Shown piece after piece: positions 17,433-25,975 of a DNA stretch of 64,000 bases. Under the pieces are notes generated by a model that made no database searches, was not told the DNA's origin, and saw only the letters and a program-made list of their open reading frames with translations. The DNA lies in contig WFXO01000061.1 in NCBI GenBank assembly GCA_015490555.1, forward strand, positions 7,221 to 71,220, in the 5' to 3' direction. Both the position numbers and the translations under genes were made by a program. Source of the DNA: a candidate division WOR-3 bacterium (GTDB lineage Bacteria; Hydrothermota; Hydrothermia; WGAB01). Positions within the stretch are counted from its first letter, which is position 1, and each line of letters opens with the position of its first letter.

Positions 17433-17966
17433 ATGAAGCGGATGATCGCTTGGATTCTGGTTTTCACGGGAAGCCTGGTGCTTCCGCTGCACGCCGGCAA
17501 AACCGCCTGGAGATTCTCCCTCAAGGATATTGATGGGAACCCCGTCATTCTGGACTCCCTTCTCCAAAAGGGCATGGTGATTCTCGACTTCTGGGCAACC
17601 TGGTGCACCTATTGCGATGAAGAGTTGGATCTATTGAACGACCTTCAGCAGCAATACCCTGACCAACTCACCGTGGTTGCAATTTCCCTGGACAGTCCCC
17701 GAACCCTTTCCAAGATCCGTTCCCTGCGTGATGCCCGGGGCTGGCAATTCCTGATCGTTCTGGATTCACACCAGACCCTGAAACGCAAATACCGGGTCTT
17801 TGGTCTCCCCACGGTTTTCATCATTGATCAGAACGGCGAGATTTTGCTGACGCGACAAGGGTATAACCCAAGTCAAGAAGAGGAGTTCCGGAAACTGATT
17901 CAACAGCACTTACCTCCCCCTTCAAAAGACTCTTTACCTTCTCCATCTGGGGCTCCCGCGCCTTGA
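17433..17966 (+). CDS. TlpA/ResA-like periplasmic thiol:disulfide oxidoreductase (redoxin)
   Basis: 177 aa. Signal peptide, then VILDFWATWCTYCDEEL (CxxC at nt 17604-17615), and FGLPTVFIID. Confidence 0.9.
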   Translation: MKRMIAWILVFTGSLVLPLHAGKTAWRFSLKDIDGNPVILDSLLQKGMVILDFWATWCTYCDEELDLLNDLQQQYPDQLTVVAISLDSPRTLSKIRSLRDARGWQFLIVLDSHQTLKRKYRVFGLPTVFIIDQNGEILLTRQGYNPSQEEEFRKLIQQHLPPPSKDSLPSPSGAPAP

Positions 17967-17968
17967 GG

Positions 17969-19843
17969 ATGCCCTGTTTTCTGAGAAATCCTCCGACAAA
18001 GAGGAACGTGTGGACACGGACAACCCTTTTGTTGACTCTGATTTCCATTTTTGCGTCCTCCCTTTCCGCTGCTCCCAGAACGGTTTTAACCGAGTTATTC
18101 ACCAATACCGGATGCATCCCCTGCGGGGAGGCCAACCCTGCGCTGGACGAGATTTTTTCGCGTCATCCTACATCCATGGCTGTAATCCGATATCATGTGA
18201 ATTGGCCGTATCCTTACGATCCCTTTTATCTGGAGAATCCAACTGAAAATTCGGCACGTGTCGCATACTACGGGGTAGGGTCCGTTCCAAACCTTCGGGT
18301 TGATGGGGTGATCAATGGAGGCTATCAGTATGAGAACTGGGAATCCTTGATCCTCCAACGCGCCCAGCAGCCCGCCCCTTTGACCCTTACACTCGTCGTG
18401 ACTCTGGATACCTTGACCGGCACCGGTACCCTCCAGACGACCCTTTCTCCAGAGTCACCGGTTTCCTCTTCACACCTTCGTTTGCGCTACGTTTTGGTCG
18501 AAGACGATGTCTTTTACGAAGCGACGAACGGGGAGACCTTACATCAGCAGGTGATGCGGAAGATGATCCCCTCCACGGAAGGAGTTCCTCTCCCTCCTTT
18601 GACTCCGGGGCAAACCCTTCAGGATTCTCAAGTCTTTCAGGTGGAGAGTTCGTGGGATCCGAGGAACCTCGAGGTTGTGGCCTTTGTCCAGGACGATTCC
18701 ACCCGTGAGGTCCATCAGGCCGCCCGACGTTATCTGTTGCCCCTTCCCAGAATTCGGTTTCATCACTACACAATCCAGGACCCGGATGGGTTGCCTGAAC
18801 CCGGAGAAACCTTTCCGCTCTCCTTGTATGTCGTGAACGTCGGCCGCGGACCCGCCGAGGGTCTGGTCATCTCTCTGGACGCCCTCACCCCATTCTTGAT
18901 CATTACCCCCTCAGCACTTTCCTTCGATTCCCTGGATATCGGGGATATTGGCACATCCCAACAGCCCTATCAGGTTGCTATCTCTGCTTCTGCCCCCGAT
19001 TCCTTCGGCACCTGGATCCATCTGACGGCGACCAGTGCTGACGGGAGCACTTCTCAGGATTCCTTTTTCTTTCTGGTCGACCTGACTCCCGGACTCTTCG
19101 AGGATGGAGAACACGGGGACAGCATGTGGCGTCGCTATGGGGGCTATGGGATCTGGCATCTGACCGATCACCGAGCTCATTCCCCAACACACAGTTGGTA
19201 TTCCGGTATTGAAGGAGCCTGGTATTACTTTAACGACGCGGACCTTTCCCTGGAGTCCCCCTATTTTCTTGTAGGGCCCAATACAGCCCTCCATTTCTGG
19301 CAGTGGTATCAACTCGAGGCCAATGCGGACTTTGGCTATATCGAGGTGACCCAGAACGGTTGGCTCTGGACGCGTTTAGACCAGGTGACACAGTCCAGTA
19401 ACGGATGGACGGAGACCACTTATGACCTCTCTCCATATACCGGAACGCCCATCAAGATTCGATTTCGCCTGGTAACCGACGAAGATGTTGCTTTAGAGGG
19501 CTGGTATCTGGATGACATCTCAACTGAACAGGTCCAGGTCAAGGAGAACCCGGTGGCTGTGACGCCGCTACGGGTCTCACTCTCCTCAGTGTTTTATAAC
19601 GAGGGACCAGTTCTTTACTTTTTCTCTCCCATTCCGGGGGTTTACCGGGTCAGGATTTTCCGTTCGGACGGGGTCCGGATCGCTTCCTCCTCCCTTGAAA
19701 TCCCTTCGGCCCAAAATCTCTGGACCGTGAGGCTCTTACCGCAAAAATCTCTACCTTCAGGAGTTTATTGGATTCACGTGTCCGGACCCGTGGGACAACC
19801 TCGAATTTTCAAAGTCTTGTATCTGGATGAGAAAAAGGAGTGA
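17969..19843 (+). CDS. Secreted multidomain protein: Omp28-like thioredoxin-fold module (CxxC) plus MAM/choice-of-anchor-J-like domain plus T9SS-type C-terminal domain
   Basis: Signal ...LLLTLISIFASSLSAAPR. ELFTNTGCIPCG (nt 18113-18124). Later ...HSWYSGIEGAWYY...LHFWQWYQLEANADFGYIEV...IKIRFRLVTDEDVALEGWYLDDI. Tail ...GVYWIHVSGPVGQPRIFKVLYL. The start is uncertain: TTG 17963, ATG 17969 or GTG 18008. Confidence 0.75.
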   Translation: MPCFLRNPPTKRNVWTRTTLLLTLISIFASSLSAAPRTVLTELFTNTGCIPCGEANPALDEIFSRHPTSMAVIRYHVNWPYPYDPFYLENPTENSARVAYYGVGSVPNLRVDGVINGGYQYENWESLILQRAQQPAPLTLTLVVTLDTLTGTGTLQTTLSPESPVSSSHLRLRYVLVEDDVFYEATNGETLHQQVMRKMIPSTEGVPLPPLTPGQTLQDSQVFQVESSWDPRNLEVVAFVQDDSTREVHQAARRYLLPLPRIRFHHYTIQDPDGLPEPGETFPLSLYVVNVGRGPAEGLVISLDALTPFLIITPSALSFDSLDIGDIGTSQQPYQVAISASAPDSFGTWIHLTATSADGSTSQDSFFFLVDLTPGLFEDGEHGDSMWRRYGGYGIWHLTDHRAHSPTHSWYSGIEGAWYYFNDADLSLESPYFLVGPNTALHFWQWYQLEANADFGYIEVTQNGWLWTRLDQVTQSSNGWTETTYDLSPYTGTPIKIRFRLVTDEDVALEGWYLDDISTEQVQVKENPVAVTPLRVSLSSVFYNEGPVLYFFSPIPGVYRVRIFRSDGVRIASSSLEIPSAQNLWTVRLLPQKSLPSGVYWIHVSGPVGQPRIFKVLYLDEKKE

Positions 19844-19848
19844 CGAAC

Positions 19849-20991
19849 ATGAAACGGTTGTGGATCTTGGGCATTCTCGTCGGATTGGGGCTTCTCTCCT
19901 GTAAGAAGACCAACCCGATTGGTGAAGAGACGCTTCCCTATGTGCGGACCTTGTTGGTCGAACTGTTCACCAACGTTTATTGTCCCAATTGTGAAGTTGC
20001 CGAGGCCTGGATCGATAGCGTCGCGTCTGCCAACGACCGCGTGGTCGTGATCGAATACCACGATCCGGCGTATAACCCTCTGGACCCTTTCTCTGGCCCC
20101 CCAGCAGATTCCCAGATTGCTGAAAGGTCTCAGTTTTACTTCGGCTCTTCCGCCCACGGCTATCCGTACGTTCTCTTCGATGGCATCCTGGAAAATGAGG
20201 GGATCGGGAACATCGGAGGATGGGGGAATCAAGTGGAAACGCGGCTGGCCCAGAATACTTCGGTTTCCATTTCCATATCCGGTGTTTACGACACACTCAG
20301 TCGCACCGGCTCCTTGTCTGTACAGGTGGACGGAGATACTGGCCAAACTCGCCAACTCTATGTAGCACTCACCGAATCCGATCTCATTGCCTCGGGACAG
20401 ACTTATCATCATGTCTTCCGGAGGTTCTATCCTGGACCTGAAGGAATCTCCCTAACTATCCCCACAGAGACCACAGTGTCCTTCGAAATCGATCCCACGT
20501 GGAATCCTGCGTCATTAACATTCGTTGTATTTGTTCAGAATCCGAGCACCCGGGAAGTCCTCCAGGCCACCGAAATCCCCCTGCTTGCCCTGCCCCCGGA
20601 TACTTCGCATCTCCCAACACTTCCCTTCCTGCTCCATGTGACCGACACCCTGTTGATCTACCAAAACACGGATCCCTTAGTAGATACCCTGTACATCGTG
20701 AACACAGGCACGACATCGGATCGCTATGGACTGTGGATCGAACCCATCTTCCCAACCGATTCTACGGGGCAACCGCTCTGGTTTCTCAGCATTTGTATGA
20801 TGGATTCGATGTGTTTACCGTTTCCCCATGACACCACAGGATGGGTTCCGCCCGCTGATTCTGTAGGGTATACCGTCGATGTCTTCACATTGGGAAACCC
20901 GGGCACCGGTGAGTTCTGGATCTATGCCCATTCGATGAACAACCCGGCGGTTCGCGAGTCGGTCCGTGTTCAGATCCAGGTGACGGAGTAA
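19849..20991 (+). CDS. Lipoprotein with Omp28-like thioredoxin-fold module (CxxC), paralog of the preceding gene
   Basis: MKRLWILGILVGLGLLSCKK (lipobox). ELFTNVYCPNCE (nt 19981-19992). Collinear motifs with 17969-19843 and 62478+. AAAGGAG Shine-Dalgarno 8 nt upstream of ATG 19849; the track start is GTG 19840. Confidence 0.8.
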   Translation: MKRLWILGILVGLGLLSCKKTNPIGEETLPYVRTLLVELFTNVYCPNCEVAEAWIDSVASANDRVVVIEYHDPAYNPLDPFSGPPADSQIAERSQFYFGSSAHGYPYVLFDGILENEGIGNIGGWGNQVETRLAQNTSVSISISGVYDTLSRTGSLSVQVDGDTGQTRQLYVALTESDLIASGQTYHHVFRRFYPGPEGISLTIPTETTVSFEIDPTWNPASLTFVVFVQNPSTREVLQATEIPLLALPPDTSHLPTLPFLLHVTDTLLIYQNTDPLVDTLYIVNTGTTSDRYGLWIEPIFPTDSTGQPLWFLSICMMDSMCLPFPHDTTGWVPPADSVGYTVDVFTLGNPGTGEFWIYAHSMNNPAVRESVRVQIQVTE

Positions 20992-20995
20992 AGCC

Positions 20996-21217
20996 GTGGG
21001 ACTCCTGTTTTTGAGCCTTGTGGCATCCAACCTCTATTTGGGCGGGTTCAACCGTTTTGAGGTGTGGCGCTTTAGGGATGCGTACACGTGGATCTTCGAA
21101 CGGGCCCACATAGACCTGGATGCCGATCCTTGGTCCGTGATGCTGGAATGGACCTACGACCACCCGGACTCCAATGCCTCCTTTGAAGCCAAAACCGCCT
21201 TTATCGCTACCAATTGA
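20996..21217 (+). CDS. N-terminal fragment (signal plus first strands) of a DUF6029-like OM beta-barrel, separated from the rest by a frame change
   Basis: 73 aa, MGLLFLSLVASNLYLGG...FEAKTAFIATN*. It reads straight into the next ORF if one nt is added at 21214-21215. Confidence 0.45.
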   Translation: MGLLFLSLVASNLYLGGFNRFEVWRFRDAYTWIFERAHIDLDADPWSVMLEWTYDHPDSNASFEAKTAFIATN

Positions 21218-22371
21218 CCTATGCCCTCCCTTCCCTGGAACTTCGCCTGGGGACGTTTGAAACGACGTTGGGGCGAGGGTTTCTTCTCTATTCCGGGGAA
21301 GATGAAGTTGCTCTGCTGGATCGTTTCCTGCAAGGGGTCTCGATATCCTACTGGGGCTCCTCGATCCATACCCAAGGATTCATCGGCCGACCGGAGTCCT
21401 ATCTTTTCTACGAACGCACAAATCCCGTAGATGATGTCCTTTACGGCGGATCCCTCGAATGGGTACCGGCCCGGGTCCTCTCACGCCTGGGTGTTGAAGG
21501 GATGGGATGGGCAACACGCAACCCTTTAAGCCGGGAATACGAACACACGACCTTCGCAGGGGCATATGTGGAACTTCAAACGGACGCATACTATGTGTAT
21601 GCCGAAGGAGTCTTCCGGAAAGGTTATGACCCCCAAGTCTTTGCAGATACCTTTGGATGGGCCCTTTATGCCCAATGGGGGTACCGGGGTGCTGGGATGA
21701 GTTGGCAGGTTGAAGCCTCCCGAGGATCTCTTTTTGGCCATCCGTATATGCTCCCTCCTGCCTTGGACCACTATGGGGTTTATTTGAATGGAGGACGTGA
21801 CGAGACCGGCGTGGCCATCGAAGGCAATGGGAAGGTTAGGGGGGGATGGGTATGGACCCTGCACGCCAGCCGATTGTGGGGCTCGTTCGCCGGCCAACCC
21901 GGGAAGATCGTGGAAGGATTTGCAAAACTCCAGAAACGCTGGGGACCGGTCGAGATGACCACCAGCCTGGATGGGATCCAGTTCAAAAACGCAATCGCCG
22001 CCGGCATCTTCGATCGTCGAGAATGGACCCTCAGCCTCCATTTCGTCGGGCGGATCACCCGCCAAATCGGCTGGGATTTCAAGTACCAACCCCGGAAAAG
22101 GAACACGGGGCCCCAGACCTATACAGACCACGACGTGACACTGGGGGTCTCCCAATTCCCATGGGTCGATCTGGCATGGACCCTCCAAAAACGAGTCGGA
22201 GATTCGACCGGTACCTGGATGCGGGTGGATCTCTTTGTTCACTTGGGAAACCGGGCGGAATGGGAACTCACCGTGGGCTCTCAGCGGAAAGACCTGGTGT
22301 GTAGCGGAGGGGTGTGTCGGTATGAACCGGAATTCAAAGGGGTCCGGACACGGCTCTTGGTCCGCTTCTGA
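21214..22371 (+). CDS. DUF6029-like outer-membrane beta-barrel protein (main body)
   Basis: 385 aa. LRLGTFETTLGRGFLLYSGEDEVALLDRFLQGV resembles the GNFYEQFGRGL..R.YE motif of the family. C-terminal CSGGVCRYEPEFKGVRTRLLVRF ends in Phe. It begins at a TTG that overlaps the stop of 20996-21217. Confidence 0.65.
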   Translation: MTYALPSLELRLGTFETTLGRGFLLYSGEDEVALLDRFLQGVSISYWGSSIHTQGFIGRPESYLFYERTNPVDDVLYGGSLEWVPARVLSRLGVEGMGWATRNPLSREYEHTTFAGAYVELQTDAYYVYAEGVFRKGYDPQVFADTFGWALYAQWGYRGAGMSWQVEASRGSLFGHPYMLPPALDHYGVYLNGGRDETGVAIEGNGKVRGGWVWTLHASRLWGSFAGQPGKIVEGFAKLQKRWGPVEMTTSLDGIQFKNAIAAGIFDRREWTLSLHFVGRITRQIGWDFKYQPRKRNTGPQTYTDHDVTLGVSQFPWVDLAWTLQKRVGDSTGTWMRVDLFVHLGNRAEWELTVGSQRKDLVCSGGVCRYEPEFKGVRTRLLVRF

Positions 22372-22394
22372 TCGGGTTCAAACCGCCCAGGGTC

Positions 22395-22400
22395 TATAAT
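22395..22400 (+). promoter_or_regulatory. -10 box TATAAT, 9 nt upstream of ATG 22410 (leaderless or near-leaderless)
   Basis: gggtcTATAATtctgaccctATG. No Shine-Dalgarno. No clear -35. Confidence 0.5.
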
Positions 22401-22409
22401 TCTGACCCT

Positions 22410-23192
22410 ATGGACTCCCCATTTTGGGATTTGGTAACCATCTGGCTCGCCCGCGCCTCGGGGGTCATGGTGCTTACTGGCGCCGGGATTTCCGCAGAGA
22501 GTGGCGTCCCAACTTTCCGCGGAAAAGATGGCTTGTGGAATCGTTTTCGACCGGAGGAGTTGGCAACCCTGGAGGCTCTGCAAAGAGATCCCGAACGGGT
22601 TTGGACCTGGTATCGGTGGCGACGGAAAAAGGTCCTCCAGGCCCAACCCAATCCGGCTCATCGTGCCTTGGTGACTTTAGAACAGTGGAAACAACCCCAC
22701 TTCCTCCTGGTCACCCAAAATGTGGATGGACTCCACCAGCGGGCTGGGTCTCAGGCTGTTGTGGAATTCCATGGGAACTTGTTCGAAGATGTATGTCTCC
22801 AATGCGGGTTCCATCGGCGGATCGAGTCCGTGGCCTCGGAGGATTCAGCGGTCCCCTACTGTCCCCGATGTGGCCATCTTTTGAAACCGGGCGTCGTGAT
22901 GTTTGGAGAGCCGATCCCGGAACAGGCCTTGCACCACGTGATCGAGTTCATTCCCAGGACAGACATCCTTTTGGTCATTGGAACCTCGGCCCAGGTCTAC
23001 CCCGCCGCAGCCATTCCGAGATGGGTCAAAGATCATGGGGGAAAAGTGGTGGAGGTGAACCCGGAACAAACCCCTGTGACAGAAATGGCGGATGCCTTCC
23101 TCCGTGGACCTGCGGGGAAACTTGTCCCAAAGTTGGTTCAGGACGCAATGAAAAAACAGCAGGTACCTCATGAACGGACCTTTTCTGGATGA
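22410..23192 (+). CDS. cobB: NAD-dependent protein deacylase, Sir2 family (CobB-type)
   Basis: 260 aa. GAGISAESGVPTFRG, QNVDGLH, zinc ribbon CLQCG...CPRCG. Confidence 0.9.
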   Translation: MDSPFWDLVTIWLARASGVMVLTGAGISAESGVPTFRGKDGLWNRFRPEELATLEALQRDPERVWTWYRWRRKKVLQAQPNPAHRALVTLEQWKQPHFLLVTQNVDGLHQRAGSQAVVEFHGNLFEDVCLQCGFHRRIESVASEDSAVPYCPRCGHLLKPGVVMFGEPIPEQALHHVIEFIPRTDILLVIGTSAQVYPAAAIPRWVKDHGGKVVEVNPEQTPVTEMADAFLRGPAGKLVPKLVQDAMKKQQVPHERTFSG

Positions 23193-24018
23193 GTTGATTT
23201 TACGTGCACTCAAGGAAGATCTCGGAGAACGAGGCGACCTGACGACCGACCTCGTTCTTCCCGAGGAAATACGTGGAAAAGCAGGGATTTGGGTCAAGGA
23301 AGAAGCGATCCTCTGTGGCGTCGGAATTGCCTCTCGCGTTTTGACTTTGATGGATCCCTCGCTTTATGTCATCCCCCTTTACACGGATGGGGATATGGTT
23401 TCACCCCAAACCCTGGTGATGGAGATTCTGGGAGATTTGCGATCCATTTTTTCGGCCGAGCGGACCGCCTTGAACTTTTTGGGAAGACTGTCGGGGATTG
23501 CGACCCTGGTCCGGAAATTTGTCGAAGCATTGGAAGGGACTTCCGTGGAACTTCTGGACACACGCAAAACAACCCCAGGCCTTCGAAAACTGGAAAAGTA
23601 TGCGGTCCAGGTGGGGGGAGGGAAAAACCATCGGATGGGACTGTTTGACGGGATCTTGATCAAAGACAACCATATCCGTGCGGTGGGATCCGTATCAGAG
23701 GCCGTCCGTAAAGCCAAGGCCAACGCACCCCACGGCCTGAAGGTAGAAGCGGAGGTCCAGACCCTGAAAGAAGTGGAAGAAGCCCTGGAAGCAGGGGCAG
23801 ACATCCTATTGCTGGACAATATGGATCTTGAAACTGTGCGTCAGGCAGTGCAGATGATACAAGACCGGGCCTTGGTGGAAGTTTCGGGAGGCATAACTTT
23901 AGAGAATGTCCGGTCCTATGCCGAGGCCGGTGTAGACTATATCTCGGTGGGGGCGTTGACCCACCAGGCACGGTGGATTGATTTTAGTTTGGAGGTGATG
24001 GAGGTATGGAAACCATGA
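23170..24018 (+). CDS. nadC: Nicotinate-nucleotide pyrophosphorylase (carboxylating), NadC
   Basis: 282 aa. LDTRKTTPGLRKLEKYAVQVGGGKNHRMGLFDGILIKDNH. Overlaps the cobB 3' end by 23 nt. Confidence 0.93.
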   Translation: MNGPFLDELILRALKEDLGERGDLTTDLVLPEEIRGKAGIWVKEEAILCGVGIASRVLTLMDPSLYVIPLYTDGDMVSPQTLVMEILGDLRSIFSAERTALNFLGRLSGIATLVRKFVEALEGTSVELLDTRKTTPGLRKLEKYAVQVGGGKNHRMGLFDGILIKDNHIRAVGSVSEAVRKAKANAPHGLKVEAEVQTLKEVEEALEAGADILLLDNMDLETVRQAVQMIQDRALVEVSGGITLENVRSYAEAGVDYISVGALTHQARWIDFSLEVMEVWKP

Positions 24019-24983
24019 CAAGTCGTGAGACCGATCCCAAGGAGATCCAGACACTTCAACGTGAAATCCTGCGCCTCAAGGAGGAGAAAAACGCGGTGAT
24101 TCTGGCTCATAACTATCAGGTCCCTGAGGTCCAGGAGGTGGCCGACTTTGTGGGAGATTCCCTGTATCTCTCGAGGAAGGCCAAGGAATCAGACGCATCC
24201 TTGATTGTTTTCTGTGGGGTCCATTTTATGGCGGAAACTGCCGCAATTTTGGCCCCGGACAAAAAGGTCTTGATCCCGGATGTCGAAGCAGGCTGTTCTT
24301 TAGCCGATTCCATCACTGCGGATGACCTTCGCCACTGGAAACAACAATATCCGGATGCTGTGGTTGTGGCCTATGTGAACACAACTGCCGAAGTTAAGGC
24401 GGAAAGCGATTACTGTTGTACCTCTTCCAATGCCGTGAAGGTTGTAGAGTCCATCCCAGAAGATCGCGAGATTCTGTTTTTGCCCGATGTGTTTCTCGGA
24501 GCCTATGTGGCCAAGGTTACGGGCCGGAAAATTCATATCTGGCCAGGGGAGTGCCATGTCCATGCCCAGATTCGACTGGAGGATATCGACCGCTTGCGGA
24601 CCCAATATCCGGATGCGGAGTTCTTGATTCATCCGGAATGCGGTTGTTCGACCTCTTGTATGTATTATGCCGCTGACGGCATCCTGGACCGATCCAAAAC
24701 CTTTATTCTCTCTACTGGGGGCATGGTACGGCGATCCAAAGAATCCCCCGCTCAGGAATTTATCGTAGCTACAGAAACGGGGCTGATTTACCGTTTGAAG
24801 AAGGAAAACCCCCAAAAAGATTTTATCCCAGCCAATCCTGAGGCGATCTGCGAGTTCATGAAAAAGATTACCCTCGAAAAAGTCTATCGATCTCTGCGCG
24901 ATGAAGTCTTTGAGGTGCGTGTTCCGGAAGAAATTGCCAAACGGGCAAGACAGGCCATCGAACGAATGGTGGCCATTGGGTGA
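24006..24983 (+). CDS. nadA: Quinolinate synthase NadA
   Basis: 325 aa. AVILAHNYQVPEVQEVADFVGDSL, VHFMAETA, IHPEC. Confidence 0.93.
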   Translation: METMTSRETDPKEIQTLQREILRLKEEKNAVILAHNYQVPEVQEVADFVGDSLYLSRKAKESDASLIVFCGVHFMAETAAILAPDKKVLIPDVEAGCSLADSITADDLRHWKQQYPDAVVVAYVNTTAEVKAESDYCCTSSNAVKVVESIPEDREILFLPDVFLGAYVAKVTGRKIHIWPGECHVHAQIRLEDIDRLRTQYPDAEFLIHPECGCSTSCMYYAADGILDRSKTFILSTGGMVRRSKESPAQEFIVATETGLIYRLKKENPQKDFIPANPEAICEFMKKITLEKVYRSLRDEVFEVRVPEEIAKRARQAIERMVAIG

Positions 24984-25912
24984 GTCTCCACGACATGGAA
25001 TTTACCTTTGATGGTCGCCCGACCCAGGTGGTCGGCATTGATGAAAATGGTTATGGCCCGATTTTAGGGCCTTTGGTTGTAACGGCAGTGGTTTTAGAGG
25101 TGGATGGAGACCCATGGGACCGGCTCCGTTTAAAGCATTTGGACACCCGGATCCGCGATTCCAAGGAAGTCTTCCGTGGGTCGTTGCCAACATACCGAAC
25201 CGGGGAATCCCTGGCACTTTCGATCCTTCGCGAAGTGTCGGATCCACCCCGGACTTTTTCTTCATATCTCGAATCGCTCACCGGCCGACCCCTGACGGAG
25301 CACTTTTCCGGATGTCCGGCGTTACAGTCACTTCATCCAGACATGCCATTGCCGGTATGGCTTCCTGCGGATGTCCAACCTTCTCTCTGGCGGTCGGTCC
25401 CGGGCATCCGGGTTTTGAAAATTCTGCAACGGGTGATCCACCCAGCGGAGTTTAATCGCCGGATCCGGGCCCTTCAGAGCAAAGCCCTGTTAGACTTTTT
25501 GACCTTTCTGGAGTTGGTGAAAGCGGCCAACCCCGGACCACCCGATCAAGACCTCCTCTGCCTGATGGGCAAAATCGGTGGAACTACACACTACAAAAAG
25601 TGGTTTTTCATGGCCGGATTACCGGAAGTTCAAACATTACGGGAGTCCAGGGGGTGGTCCCGATATCGGGTCGGCCGTTGGGACTTGAACTTTCTTATGG
25701 ACGCCGATGCCCAGTTTTTGCCCGTGGCCATGGCCTCGATTTTGGGGAAATATACCCGCGAACTGTTTATGTTGTCGTTAAGCCATGGTCTGGGGGAAGG
25801 TTCTCCGATGCCCTTTGCCTCCGGGTATCGCCATGACAGTCGAACCAGCCAGATGATCGATCTTTTGGTTCAACACAACGTCCCTGTCCACTGTTTCCTT
25901 CGTGTCAAGTAA
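24980..25912 (+). CDS. Divergent RNase HII-like protein (RNase H2 fold with ~90-aa insertion)
   Basis: 310 aa. GIDENGYGPILGPLVVTAVV (compare GIDEAGRGPLAGPVV), IRDSKEVF (compare DSKKLS), MDADAQFLPVAMASILGKYTRELFM (compare GD..S..VAAASI.AKV.RD..M), SGYRHDS. GTGA overlap with the nadA stop. Confidence 0.6.
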   Translation: MSLHDMEFTFDGRPTQVVGIDENGYGPILGPLVVTAVVLEVDGDPWDRLRLKHLDTRIRDSKEVFRGSLPTYRTGESLALSILREVSDPPRTFSSYLESLTGRPLTEHFSGCPALQSLHPDMPLPVWLPADVQPSLWRSVPGIRVLKILQRVIHPAEFNRRIRALQSKALLDFLTFLELVKAANPGPPDQDLLCLMGKIGGTTHYKKWFFMAGLPEVQTLRESRGWSRYRVGRWDLNFLMDADAQFLPVAMASILGKYTRELFMLSLSHGLGEGSPMPFASGYRHDSRTSQMIDLLVQHNVPVHCFLRVK

Positions 25913-25938
25913 TCCAATTTCGCTTCCAAATCCCGCCT

Positions 25939-25944
25939 TATAAT
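25939..25944 (+). promoter_or_regulatory. -10 box TATAAT (leadered; AGGAGG Shine-Dalgarno at 25963-25968)
   Basis: cgccTTATAATtttactc...aaAGGAGGttgcggATG(25976). Confidence 0.45.
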
Positions 25945-25975
25945 TTTACTCAAGAAATTCAAAAGGAGGTTGCGG

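Noticed and set aside
21209-21220. Programmed -1 ribosomal frameshift joining the two barrel ORFs
   Set aside because: There is no X-XXY-YYZ slippery heptamer (the sequence is acc-aat-tga) and no obvious downstream stimulatory structure. A 1-nt indel or an assembly error is more parsimonious.
22424-23173. 249-aa alternative-frame ORF inside the Sir2 gene
   Set aside because: It is Arg/Gly/Pro/Trp-rich with no motifs. The Sir2 frame has all the family signatures.
22410-23192. Sir2 domain as part of an anti-phage defence system (Thoeris/DSR-like)
   Set aside because: This is a short CobB-type deacylase with an intact zinc ribbon and NAD-binding motifs. It has no fused effector or sensor domain and no partner defence gene. 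It is embedded in NAD biosynthesis genes.
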